Origin: an uncultured Spirochaetales bacterium | GTDB taxonomy: Bacteria; Spirochaetota; Spirochaetia; JABMQR01 | Direction of reading: 5' to 3' | Assembly (NCBI GenBank): GCA_964605195.1 | Contig: CAZSBC010000001.1 | Span: 1-61,382, forward strand | Length of the DNA: 61,382 bases | In this document: positions 18,777 to 27,435 of the stretch, piece by piece | How the letters are laid out: each line of letters opens with the position of its first letter | Numbering within the stretch: position 1 is the stretch's first letter | Position numbers and translations under genes: made by a program | The notes under the pieces: generated by a model | What the model was told of the DNA's origin: nothing | Database searches by the model: none | What the model saw: the letters and a program-made list of their open reading frames with translations, nothing else

Positions 18777-20123
18777 TCACTGCATCATCAGCAGGTCGAT
18801 ATTCCCTATATTCTCACTCAATCCCTTGAGGAACCTTGCTCCGGGAGCCCCATCCACTGCCTGGTGGTCGATGGTCAGCGACAGGCTGATATGGGGGAGA
18901 AACTCCACTCCACTGCCGTCACGGCCATCAACCGGCTTCAGGCTGATCCCACCGACCCCGAGAATGGACGTCTGAGGAGTATTGAGCACAGGTGTGAACT
19001 CCTCGACTCCCATGGCCCCGAGATTGGTGACGGTGAAGGTACCGCCCTCCATCTGCTCGGGCTTCAGCCGGCCATCCTTGGCGGCAGCCGCCAGGGAGCG
19101 GGCCTGCTCAGATAGCTCCCTGAGGGAGAGGGTATCGGCAAATGGAATCACCGGCACCATCAGTCCCCGTTCAGTATCGACAGCCATGCCGAGGTGGACA
19201 TGGTCGAACTCCCTGATCGTTGTACCGAGGAAATGGGTGTTGACATAGGGAAACTTAAGGATAGTCCTTGCTACGGCAAAGAGGATCAGGTCATTGATTG
19301 AGATGGTATTCAGGCCAAGTTCCGGGGCACTTGCTTTCAGCCGTGACCTCAGGGCTTTCAGCCGGACGGCCTCGGCGCTGCCGTGGAGCGTCAGCTGGCA
19401 GGTTGTCGAGATCGACTGGTACATCCGCTCAGCGGTGATCTTGCGGATCGAGCGTACCGGGATATCACGGGCTACTCCGGGAAACTCCACTGGTTTATTG
19501 TCATGGAGACTCTTTTCGGTTGATGCCCTTCCGGCAAGGTCACCAACGGTGACCCGCCCCCCGATGCCGCTTCCTTCGACAGCTGCACCGCCACCTCCGG
19601 CAGCAGCTGCTGCCGATGTGTAGAGCAGCGCATCCTTCTGCCGGGCAACAACATCCCGCTCAATAACGCGCCCGTGAGGTCCGGTACCCGCTATTCCTTC
19701 CAGAGGGATATGGGCATGTTCGGCAAGTTTCCGTGCCCTCGGTGATACTGCTGCCCCCTCTGCAGCTGCAACGACCGGCTGAACCGGCACATCAGGTTCA
19801 GGAGCTGGTACCGCGGCGACCTCTGCAGGAGGAGCTTCAGCACCTGCTGCTTCAGATTCGGCCATGAAGCCAGAAATATCCTCACCAGCCTCCCCGACTA
19901 TAGCCAGGGGTACCAGCACGGGAACCTCTTCGTCAGCCGCATAGAGCTGTTTCAACAGAATACCAGCTGCTGTTGATTCGATATCGACAGTTGCCTTGTC
20001 AGTTTCTGCCTCACAGAGGACATCCCCGATCACCACCGATTCTCCCTCTGCAATTTTCCACTCCAGAATAATGCAAGTCTCTACCGAGTTTCCCAGTTTT
20101 GGCAACAACACCTGCTCTGCCAT
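18777..20123 (-). CDS. Dihydrolipoamide acyltransferase (E2): lipoyl domain, Ala/Pro linker, subunit-binding domain and catalytic domain
   Basis: The lipoyl-lysine motif is EAETDKATVDIES. The PSBD is SPRARKLAEHAHIPLEGIAGTGPHGRV. The catalytic motif is DHQAVDGAPGARF. ATG 20123 has an AAGGAG RBS. The ORF-track start at 20171 is an upstream extension. Confidence 0.9.
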   Translation of the reverse strand: MAEQVLLPKLGNSVETCIILEWKIAEGESVVIGDVLCEAETDKATVDIESTAAGILLKQLYAADEEVPVLVPLAIVGEAGEDISGFMAESEAAGAEAPPAEVAAVPAPEPDVPVQPVVAAAEGAAVSPRARKLAEHAHIPLEGIAGTGPHGRVIERDVVARQKDALLYTSAAAAAGGGGAAVEGSGIGGRVTVGDLAGRASTEKSLHDNKPVEFPGVARDIPVRSIRKITAERMYQSISTTCQLTLHGSAEAVRLKALRSRLKASAPELGLNTISINDLILFAVARTILKFPYVNTHFLGTTIREFDHVHLGMAVDTERGLMVPVIPFADTLSLRELSEQARSLAAAAKDGRLKPEQMEGGTFTVTNLGAMGVEEFTPVLNTPQTSILGVGGISLKPVDGRDGSGVEFLPHISLSLTIDHQAVDGAPGARFLKGLSENIGNIDLLMMQ

Positions 20124-20186
20124 GCTTCGCTCCTTTTCTTTCGTTACCGGCCACACTCGCTGCCGGCGCACATATCCGCATCTCTC

Positions 20187-20939
20187 TTATACACACATCA
20201 CCTCAACACCCTGCTCCCGAAGCAGCTCTGCTGCATGGGCGGGAAGGTTGGAATCAGTGATGATGATGTCAATATTCTCTATCGGGAGAATCTTAATGAA
20301 TCCCTTCCTGCCGTATTTTGAGGAATCGACGACAACAACGCGTTTCTCAGCCTGTTCGCACATTTTGCGCACGATCTCGGCATTCTCAATCAGATGCGTC
20401 GTCATGCCGTACGCATCGGTAAAGCCATCAGTACCGGAAATCGTCATCGATACATGGAACTGGTCGAGCCGTTTGATTGCTTCCGGCCCCACCATGGCCT
20501 CGGCTGAGGGCCTGAACTCTCCCCCGATGAACGTCAGGGTCATATTCGGATTCACACGGGCATACGGAAGCAGCAGCGTGGAGTTGGTGACGATCTGGAG
20601 ATCACGTTTCCCAAGCAGGTACTTCCCGACAAGCGCCGAGGTGGTCCCGTTCGTGATCATGATCCGGTCACCGTCGGAGACCAGCGCGGCAGCGGCTGCC
20701 GCTATGCGCTCCTTCTCCTGGAGATGGCTCGATTTCTTCTGCAGCATATCGGGATGGAAAGCCGGTATGGCGCCGCCGTGTGACCTGATTATCATACCCT
20801 GTTCTTCCAGTGATCTCAGGTCGTTTCGTACCGTGACCACTGAAACCTCCAACAGCCTGCTCAGCTCAGAGACGGTCATCTCTGAATCAGCCCGGAGGTA
20901 TTCCAGTATTCTGGATTCACGCTTTGTATTTCCTGCCAT
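20187..20939 (-). CDS. DeoR-family transcriptional regulator
   Basis: The N-terminal HTH (RESRILEYLRADSEMTVSELSRLLEVSVVTVRNDLRSLEEQG) is followed by a DeoR C-terminal sugar-phosphate sensor domain. ATG 20939 has an AAGGA RBS. The ORF-track N-terminus (to 21056) is Lys-rich read-through of the promoter region. Confidence 0.85.
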   Translation of the reverse strand: MAGNTKRESRILEYLRADSEMTVSELSRLLEVSVVTVRNDLRSLEEQGMIIRSHGGAIPAFHPDMLQKKSSHLQEKERIAAAAAALVSDGDRIMITNGTTSALVGKYLLGKRDLQIVTNSTLLLPYARVNPNMTLTFIGGEFRPSAEAMVGPEAIKRLDQFHVSMTISGTDGFTDAYGMTTHLIENAEIVRKMCEQAEKRVVVVDSSKYGRKGFIKILPIENIDIIITDSNLPAHAAELLREQGVEVMCV

Positions 20940-20958
20940 CACGCTTTCCTTGTATTTA

Positions 20959-21011
20959 CTTTTTACTTTCTTTTCTCTTTCTATATTATTTCTTTTTACT
21001 TTCTTAGTCAA
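20959..21011 (-). promoter_or_regulatory. Sigma70-like promoter (TTGACT-17-TAATAT) with two copies of a 14-nt direct repeat; candidate DeoR operator
   Basis: On the minus strand, the -35 TTGACT is at 21011-21006 and the -10 TAATAT is at 20988-20983. The repeat AAGAAAGTAAAAAG (plus strand CTTTTTACTTTCTT) occurs at 20992-21005, inside the spacer. It occurs again at 20959-20972, just downstream of the predicted start. Confidence 0.5.
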
Positions 21012-21196
21012 TAGCACCGGCTTAATTTCGCATAGTATGTATCGATTGCCTTTCACTGCGCATATCCTATTCTCCCATAGGTAAGCATGTCATATTAAGC
21101 GTTTGCAACGGATAGCCAATCCTTACTAGTGGGTAATTACCATATGTTGTTGAAGATGTTCAAAGCGCAAAAAAAGAGTGGAAATTACCTTCTGGC

Positions 21197-21205
21197 TGCT
21201 ATATA
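21197..21205 (+). promoter_or_regulatory. Extended -10 element TGCTATATA, 8 nt upstream of ATG 21214
   Basis: Read directly from the sequence. There is no SD sequence before ATG 21214. Confidence 0.4.
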
Positions 21206-21213
21206 CTGCTTTC

Positions 21214-22962
21214 ATGAGTACTTTAATACCAACTCCGCACTCCTGGGATGAGCTGGAAGCCTACCGAGCGCTACCAGAAACCGAGGAGCTTCATATTGAC
21301 GGGGAATGGCCCACAATTCCCGAAATGGTGGAAATAAGCGCCGCCAGATTCCCGGACCGTCCCTGCTTCACCGTATTCGATCCCGACAGACGTGTCATGA
21401 ACTATGCTGAGGTCTCCAAGCGCTGCAAGAAGATAGCCATGAGCTTCCGTGATGCCGGGATAGTGCCCGGAGACCGTATCGCTGTTACCGGGAAAAACAG
21501 CCCGGAGTGGGCCCTTGCCTATCTGTCGGTCCTCTATGCCGGTGCCGTGGTTGTCCCCATTGATTACCAGCTGCCGGTTTCCCAAGCTGCCAAGCTGATT
21601 ACCTTTGCAGCTTGTACCTATGTATTTACCGACCACGAGAAGCTGGAAGAGCTATCCCAGCTTCTCGGTAACTCGCTTAAGCGTATCTACTCCCTTGAAG
21701 CGGGATATCCGAACCATATCTCCATGCTAAAAAGCCGTAAGAAGTACCGCAAGCCATTGATAGATGAAGATTCCCTTGCGGCCATTCTCTTCACTTCCGG
21801 TACAACCGGTAATGAGAAAGGCGTCATGCTCTCCCACAAGAATTTCGTCACCGACGTATATCAGGCCTGTGACCCGGAATTCATCACGGCCACAGAAGAG
21901 GATGTCTTCTATGCCCTGCTGCCCCTGCACCACAGCTACTGCATGACGGCTGTCTTTCTTGAGGGACTCAAGCACGGCTCGGAACTGGTCTTCGCAAAAT
22001 CCTTCGTGGTGCGGAAGATCATCGAGGACATGCAGAATTCAGGTGTTACGGTATTCATGGGTATCCCCCTGCTCTTCAACAAGTTCCTTGCTGGTGTACT
22101 TCGGAAAGTACGCGAGAAGGGCGTGGTCACCTATGCCGTTGTCCGTATCCTCATGTCCATCAACGGGGTACTGAAACGCCGTTTCGGTCTCAATCCCGGA
22201 CGTGCCAAGTGGTTCAGGCCAATTCTCGAAGGGCTCGGCTTCGCCAAGATAAACTTCTGCATCAGTGGCGGTGGCCCGCTTCCTGCCCGGACTTTCCACC
22301 GCTTCCAGCAGCTCGGCCTCGACTTTGTGCAGGGGTACGGGCTCACTGAAACAGCTCCCATAGTGACACTAAATCCCATAGCGCACTTCAAGCTCACCTC
22401 AGTCGGTAAACTGCTACCCTTCATCGATATACGGATCGACAATCCCGACCATACCGGCACCGGTGAAATATTTGTCAAGGGGCCCAATGTCACCCGGGGC
22501 TACTACCGTGATCCCGACCACACAGCCGAGCTCTTCAGTGATGACGGGTACCTCAAAACCGGGGACCTCGGATACCTGGATGACGAGAACTACCTCTATC
22601 TGCGTGGGCGCAAGAAGAATATGATTGTCACCGAGGGGGGAAAGAATGTCTATCCGGAAGAGATCGAGGATGAATTTCAGCTCTATCCAGCAATAGATCA
22701 GATCATGGTCGCCGGGTATCTGATGGATGCTTCCAGGCAGGCCGAGGGCATTGAGGCCCTGATCTTCCCGAGCCGAGAATACTTTGGCGAATCCTTCCAG
22801 GATACCGAAGTTGTCCGCTCAGAGATAGATACGGCTGTCAGGGAGGTAAACCAGCGGTTTCCGGGCTACAAGAAGATTACCCGCATCACCTTGCTTGATG
22901 AGCCGATGGATATGACCTCCACCAAGAAGATCAAGCGCAATAAGGTACAGCGTACCGGGTAG
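21214..22962 (+). CDS. Long-chain-fatty-acid--CoA ligase (AMP-binding enzyme)
   Basis: It has the AMP-binding signature ILFTSGTTGNEKGVMLSH, plus GYGLTET and TGDLGYLDDENYLYLRGRKKNMI. The start is ATG 21214, or alternatively GTG 21178. Confidence 0.85.
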   Translation: MSTLIPTPHSWDELEAYRALPETEELHIDGEWPTIPEMVEISAARFPDRPCFTVFDPDRRVMNYAEVSKRCKKIAMSFRDAGIVPGDRIAVTGKNSPEWALAYLSVLYAGAVVVPIDYQLPVSQAAKLITFAACTYVFTDHEKLEELSQLLGNSLKRIYSLEAGYPNHISMLKSRKKYRKPLIDEDSLAAILFTSGTTGNEKGVMLSHKNFVTDVYQACDPEFITATEEDVFYALLPLHHSYCMTAVFLEGLKHGSELVFAKSFVVRKIIEDMQNSGVTVFMGIPLLFNKFLAGVLRKVREKGVVTYAVVRILMSINGVLKRRFGLNPGRAKWFRPILEGLGFAKINFCISGGGPLPARTFHRFQQLGLDFVQGYGLTETAPIVTLNPIAHFKLTSVGKLLPFIDIRIDNPDHTGTGEIFVKGPNVTRGYYRDPDHTAELFSDDGYLKTGDLGYLDDENYLYLRGRKKNMIVTEGGKNVYPEEIEDEFQLYPAIDQIMVAGYLMDASRQAEGIEALIFPSREYFGESFQDTEVVRSEIDTAVREVNQRFPGYKKITRITLLDEPMDMTSTKKIKRNKVQRTG

Positions 22963-22963
22963 T

Positions 22964-23998
22964 CTATGCTCGATCCTGCAGAACAGCACCATGTCTGATC
23001 ATCTGAGGCGGTACCCGGCAGACCAGCGGTGAATCAGGTTCCATCCCTGAAAGCCGCCTGAGAATAAGCTCGGCTGCCTGAGATCCTATCTCTTCCAGGG
23101 GCTGACGGACAGTTATCCAGGCATGCCGGAAGAGTGGCGAGACCGGGGATTCATCGAAGGCAACGATGCGAATATCCCTTCCGATGTCCCTTTCGGCAAG
23201 GTACTTCTCGGCCCCGATGCGCATGAAGAGGTTGATGATGAAGAGATAGTGCAGATCTTCATGCTCCTGCAGCAGCTCCCGGGTCAGGGCGTATCCGCTC
23301 TCGATGTGCATATCCCCGAACTTCAGCAGCCTTCGATCAATATCCATCCCATGCGACTGCAGGGCGTCTTGGTACCCCTCAAAGCGCTCCTTGGCCGATG
23401 TGAGGGCATCAGATCCCCCGATGAATCCGATCTTCCCGGCACCCTCCTCGAGGCATTGGGCTGCAGCGCTAAAGGCGCCGGCGTAGTTGTCGGTAAGGAC
23501 GGCATCGGCTGTAAGCCCATCGACAAGCCTGTCGACCAGTACAAAGGGTACCTGGTGTTTCGCAAGCAGGTCATACTGCTCGGTAATACTCCCCTCGCCG
23601 GATGCCGGTATGATGATGACGCCATCGACGTGATTCTCCACCAGCTTCCTTGTGAGGGTAACCTCTTCACTCACCTGCTCCCGGGAATTGCAGATGAAGG
23701 TGATATAGTTTCGCTCCCGCAGGTATGCCTCAATCCCCTCGGCTACCGCCATGAAGAATTCATTCTGGAATTCCGGAGCAATGATCCCGATACTGTTCGA
23801 GCGGCTGGTCTTGAGACTTCTTGCAATGGGATTGACCCGGTACCCAAGCTGTTCCATGCAGTTGCGGACCGCTTCTCTAGTCTGCGCACTCACCTTCGGA
23901 TCGTTGTTCAGCACCCGGGATACTGTAGCTGTGGAGAAGCCCGAACAGGCGGCAACATCCTTGACCGTCGGTTTCAGGGTCGGTTCAGGCAGTTTCAT
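22964..23998 (-). CDS. LacI-family transcriptional regulator
   Basis: It has the HTH VKDVAACSGFSTATVSRVLN and a periplasmic-binding-like effector domain. ATG 23998 shares 1 nt with the fucU stop. Confidence 0.9.
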   Translation of the reverse strand: MKLPEPTLKPTVKDVAACSGFSTATVSRVLNNDPKVSAQTREAVRNCMEQLGYRVNPIARSLKTSRSNSIGIIAPEFQNEFFMAVAEGIEAYLRERNYITFICNSREQVSEEVTLTRKLVENHVDGVIIIPASGEGSITEQYDLLAKHQVPFVLVDRLVDGLTADAVLTDNYAGAFSAAAQCLEEGAGKIGFIGGSDALTSAKERFEGYQDALQSHGMDIDRRLLKFGDMHIESGYALTRELLQEHEDLHYLFIINLFMRIGAEKYLAERDIGRDIRIVAFDESPVSPLFRHAWITVRQPLEEIGSQAAELILRRLSGMEPDSPLVCRVPPQMIRHGAVLQDRA

Positions 23999-24429
23999 CA
24001 ATGGACTACCACGCCCTTCTTCAGAATGATATTCGCGTAGAGGGCGGTCTCCCCACTGCTTATCACTGCATAGGCATCCCTGGCCCGTTCATAGAATGCA
24101 AAGCGTTCAAGCTGGGAACATGCCCTGTAGTGCTCGTCATGCAGGCGCAGGATCCGGTCATACTCCTGCCATATCGGGGTCTCGACAGTATCTCCGGGAG
24201 TGACCTCCATGAGGATAGCATGCTTATCATCGTACTGATCCAGGGGGAAAAACTGCATCATGGCATCAAGTATCGCAGGGATACCATGGCCGTCAAGACG
24301 GATCAACCGTCTTCCGATGCTTGCGCTGGGAAAGTTACCGTCTCCGATAACCAGTTCATCTCCATGGCCCATCTCCATGAGAATTTTCAGCAGTTCCGGT
24401 GAGAGCAGGTCGGGAATATGCTTCAACAT
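23998..24429 (-). CDS. fucU: L-fucose mutarotase (RbsD/FucU family)
   Basis: The 143-aa product begins MLKHIPDLLSPELLKILMEMGHGDELVIGDGNFP, which is typical of FucU. An AAGGAG RBS precedes ATG 24429. The ORF-track start at 24525 is an extension. Confidence 0.85.
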   Translation of the reverse strand: MLKHIPDLLSPELLKILMEMGHGDELVIGDGNFPSASIGRRLIRLDGHGIPAILDAMMQFFPLDQYDDKHAILMEVTPGDTVETPIWQEYDRILRLHDEHYRACSQLERFAFYERARDAYAVISSGETALYANIILKKGVVVH

Positions 24430-24504
24430 TGTGATCTCCTTTCGCAGTTTCGTGCAGCATCCTACCGGGTTTGCAGAAAATTGACAATATTTTTCATTTC
24501 TTTC

Positions 24505-24533
24505 TTGTCTTCCAGTTGGATACATGGCATAAT
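24505..24533 (+). promoter_or_regulatory. Putative sigma70 promoter of fucI (TTGTCT-17-CATAAT)
   Basis: The hexamers at 24505-24510 and 24528-24533 have a 17-nt spacer. The -10 overlaps the LacI-type palindrome. Confidence 0.35.
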
Positions 24534-24547
24534 GTAATCGATTACAT
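24532..24547. promoter_or_regulatory. Perfect 16-bp palindrome ATGTAATCGATTACAT; LacI-family operator
   Basis: Every base pairs (24532-24547) around a central CG. It matches the generic LacI/GalR operator pattern TGTAANCGNTTACA. It lies in the fucU-lacI / fucI divergent intergenic region. Confidence 0.75.
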
Positions 24548-24612
24548 CTAGTATATCATATAATCACAGGTTTGCAACAGCAATCCGGAGTGTGGTTTCC
24601 AAGGAGCACAAT

Positions 24613-26433
24613 ATGGCAGATACATCCACTATCAGAAAGCAGCAACCTATTCATCGTTTGCATGGAGCCCTTCCCAAGATCGGGATCCGGCCCACCATCG
24701 ACGGCCGCAGGAACGGTGTCAGGGAATCTCTTGAGGAACAGACTATGCAAATGGCCAGGGCTGCAGCCCGCCTGATAGAGGAAAACCTATTTCATCCCTC
24801 CGGGCATCCGGTAGCCTGCATCATAGCAGACGGCTGCATCGGCGGAGTCGCGGAAGCTGCCCAGTGCAGGGAAAAGTTCGCAAAGGAAGATGTGGCCGTG
24901 ACTCTCACGGTAACACCCTGCTGGTGCTACGGCACTGAGACCATGGACATGGATCCTCTTACCGTCAAGGCTGTATGGGGCTTCAACGGCACAGAACGTC
25001 CCGGAGCAGTCTATCTTGCGGCAGTGCTAGCCGGGCACACCCAGAAAGGGCTACCGGCCTTTGGTATCTACGGCCATGATGTACAGGATGCTGATGATGA
25101 TTCCATACCCGAAGATGTCAGGGAAAAGCTGCTCGCCTTTGCCAGTGCAGGTCTGGCCGTGGCACATATGCGGGGAAGCAGTTACCTCTCCATCGGCGGG
25201 ACCTCAATGGGAATTGCCGGATCGATAGTGGATCAGGACTTCTTCCAGGAGTATCTCGGCATGCGGACTGAAGTTGTCGACATGTCTGAAATCGCTAGGC
25301 GTGTGGAAGAGAATATCTATGACCCGGATGAGTTTGCGGCAGCCATGGAGTGGGTGAAGACCAACTGCAGGGAGCAGGATGACATAGTCAACCCCCCTGA
25401 GTGGCGCCGGTCCGAGGAGCAGAGAGCTGCTGACTGGGAGTACAGTGTCAAGATGACCTTGATCGCCCGTGACATGATGATCGGGAACCCACGTCTCGGG
25501 GAGCTCGGTTTTGGTGAGGAGGCCCTGGGGCGCAATGCCATCGCCGGCGGGTTTCAGGGCCAGCGATCATGGACCGATCACTACCCCAACGGTGATTTCA
25601 CCGAAACTATCCTGAACAGCTCATTTGACTGGAACGGTATAAGGGAACCATTTGTCTTTGCAACCGAAAACGACTCCCTCAATGCCGTCTCCATGCTTTT
25701 CGGACATCTGCTGACCCAGACAGCCCAGGTGTTTTCCGATGTACGGACCTACTGGAGTCCTGCTGCCATCGAGCAGGTTACCGGCTGGAAACCTGAAGGG
25801 ATGGCTGCCGAAGGCTTCATCCACCTCATCAACTCGGGGTCAACCTGTCTTGATGCCACCGGTGAGATGCGTGATGCCGCCGGTAATCCCGTCATGAAGC
25901 CCTTTTGGGAGATAACACCGGAGGATGCGGCCGCCTGCCTGGAGGCTACCGAGTTCTGCGTCGCCGACGGAGGGTATTTCCGGGGGGGTGGTTTCTCCAC
26001 CGACTTCCTCACCCGGGGCGGTATGCCGGTGACCATGTCCAGGATCAATATCGTGAAGGGACTCGGCCCCGTACTCCAGATCGCCGAGGGGCATACCGTT
26101 GAGATCCCTGAGGAGGTGCATGCACGGCTTGATTCGAGAACGAATCCCACCTGGCCGACAACCTGGTTCGTTCCGCGCACCGACAGTGCCAACCCCTCAT
26201 TCCGGGATGTATATACCGTCATGGCCCGGTGGGGAGCAAACCATGGTGCCATCAGCTACGGCCATATCGGGGCAGGACTGATTACCCTCGCTTCGATGCT
26301 GAGAATCCCCGTGAACATGCACAATGTAAAGCAGCAAGCAATCTTCCGTCCGAGCATGTGGAACTCCTTCGGCAGCGATGCGGAGGGAGCCGACTACCGG
26401 GCCTGTGCAGTTCTTGGGCCGCTATACGGCTGA
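24613..26433 (+). CDS. fucI: L-fucose isomerase
   Basis: About 606 aa. The N-terminus is [26 protein letters not shown]. The length and motifs are typical of FucI. An AAGGAG RBS lies at 24601-24606. Confidence 0.9.
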   Translation: MADTSTIRKQQPIHRLHGALPKIGIRPTIDGRRNGVRESLEEQTMQMARAAARLIEENLFHPSGHPVACIIADGCIGGVAEAAQCREKFAKEDVAVTLTVTPCWCYGTETMDMDPLTVKAVWGFNGTERPGAVYLAAVLAGHTQKGLPAFGIYGHDVQDADDDSIPEDVREKLLAFASAGLAVAHMRGSSYLSIGGTSMGIAGSIVDQDFFQEYLGMRTEVVDMSEIARRVEENIYDPDEFAAAMEWVKTNCREQDDIVNPPEWRRSEEQRAADWEYSVKMTLIARDMMIGNPRLGELGFGEEALGRNAIAGGFQGQRSWTDHYPNGDFTETILNSSFDWNGIREPFVFATENDSLNAVSMLFGHLLTQTAQVFSDVRTYWSPAAIEQVTGWKPEGMAAEGFIHLINSGSTCLDATGEMRDAAGNPVMKPFWEITPEDAAACLEATEFCVADGGYFRGGGFSTDFLTRGGMPVTMSRINIVKGLGPVLQIAEGHTVEIPEEVHARLDSRTNPTWPTTWFVPRTDSANPSFRDVYTVMARWGANHGAISYGHIGAGLITLASMLRIPVNMHNVKQQAIFRPSMWNSFGSDAEGADYRACAVLGPLYG

Positions 26434-26565
26434 TGAACTCTTTTTGACAGCAAACAGCATCTCTCTGAGTCCGTTTCGCCAATATACCAGTGCTCCATAC
26501 AGTTACAACCATTTTACGTTGCCACTGCAGCTTGATATTAGGTATATTCAAGATGGAGGCACTAC

Positions 26566-27417
26566 ATGCACCATACCTATATAAAACCGTTAACAGAGAA
26601 AGAGATTGCTGTCATTGAGAAAAAGGGAACGGAACGCCCCTTCAGCGGGGAGTATGAGAACCATTTCGATGAGGGTATCTATATCTGCCGCAAGTGCGGA
26701 GCACCCCTGTACCGCTCTGATGCAAAATTCGCGTCTCACTGCGGCTGGCCAAGTTTTGATGACCAGATAGGTGAAGCGGTACGGGCCTTGCCCGATGCTG
26801 ACGGCCGCCGTACAGAGATAACCTGCAATGCCTGCGGTGGCCATCTCGGACATGTCTTTTCCGGAGAGGGGTATACAGAAAAGAATCTCAGGCACTGTGT
26901 CAACTCCCTCTCTATCCGGTTCATACCGACCCGCCGGGCTGTATTCGCTTCCGGTTGTTTCTGGGGAACGCAGTACCATTTTGATCGTGCCGACGGGGTG
27001 ATCCTGACAACTGCCGGGTATACAGGCGGAAAAGTGGAATCACCATCATACCGTGAAGTCTGCAGCGGGACTACCGGACATGTAGAAGCGGTAGAAGTGC
27101 TCTACGATCCCGAACGGGTCGGTTACGAGGAGCTGGCCAAACTCTATTTTGAGACCCATGACCCGACCCAGACCAACGGCCAGGGTCCCGACATCGGATC
27201 CCAGTACCTCTCAGTTGCCTTCTATAATAACCAGAAGGAACGCGATACGCTGGAGAGTCTTATAGCCGAGCTCACCAGCAGCGGATTGCGCATCGCTACT
27301 CAGCTGCAGCCGGCAGGAATCTTCTGGCCGGCAGAGGAGTATCACCAGCACTATTACGATGAGAAGGGCGGAAAGGGTAAAAGCCCCTACTGCCATATCT
27401 ATACAAAGCGATTCTGA
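26566..27417 (+). CDS. msrAB: Bifunctional peptide-methionine sulfoxide reductase MsrB-MsrA fusion
   Basis: The N-terminal MsrB domain has two CxxC pairs and the RHCVNS catalytic motif. The C-terminal MsrA domain has GCFWG. A GGAGG RBS is present. Confidence 0.9.
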   Translation: MHHTYIKPLTEKEIAVIEKKGTERPFSGEYENHFDEGIYICRKCGAPLYRSDAKFASHCGWPSFDDQIGEAVRALPDADGRRTEITCNACGGHLGHVFSGEGYTEKNLRHCVNSLSIRFIPTRRAVFASGCFWGTQYHFDRADGVILTTAGYTGGKVESPSYREVCSGTTGHVEAVEVLYDPERVGYEELAKLYFETHDPTQTNGQGPDIGSQYLSVAFYNNQKERDTLESLIAELTSSGLRIATQLQPAGIFWPAEEYHQHYYDEKGGKGKSPYCHIYTKRF

Positions 27418-27435
27418 TCACAGTATACTCACCGT

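Noticed and set aside
19996-21084. A 362-aa plus-strand ORF covering the 5' end of the E2 gene, the whole DeoR gene and its promoter
   Set aside because: It is entirely antisense to two well-supported genes. Its product is low-complexity and Ser/Phe/Thr-rich, with no motifs. It reads through an obvious promoter. This is the typical shadow ORF of a GC3-biased coding strand.
21132-21141. A 10-bp palindrome GGTAATTACC in the DeoR / acyl-CoA ligase intergenic region
   Set aside because: A 10-bp palindrome is expected by chance roughly once per several hundred bp. There is no second copy and no known motif match.
23123-24040. A 305-aa plus-strand ORF antisense to the LacI-family gene
   Set aside because: It is a shadow ORF opposite a gene with a clear HTH and effector domain. 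It has no RBS and no recognisable motifs.
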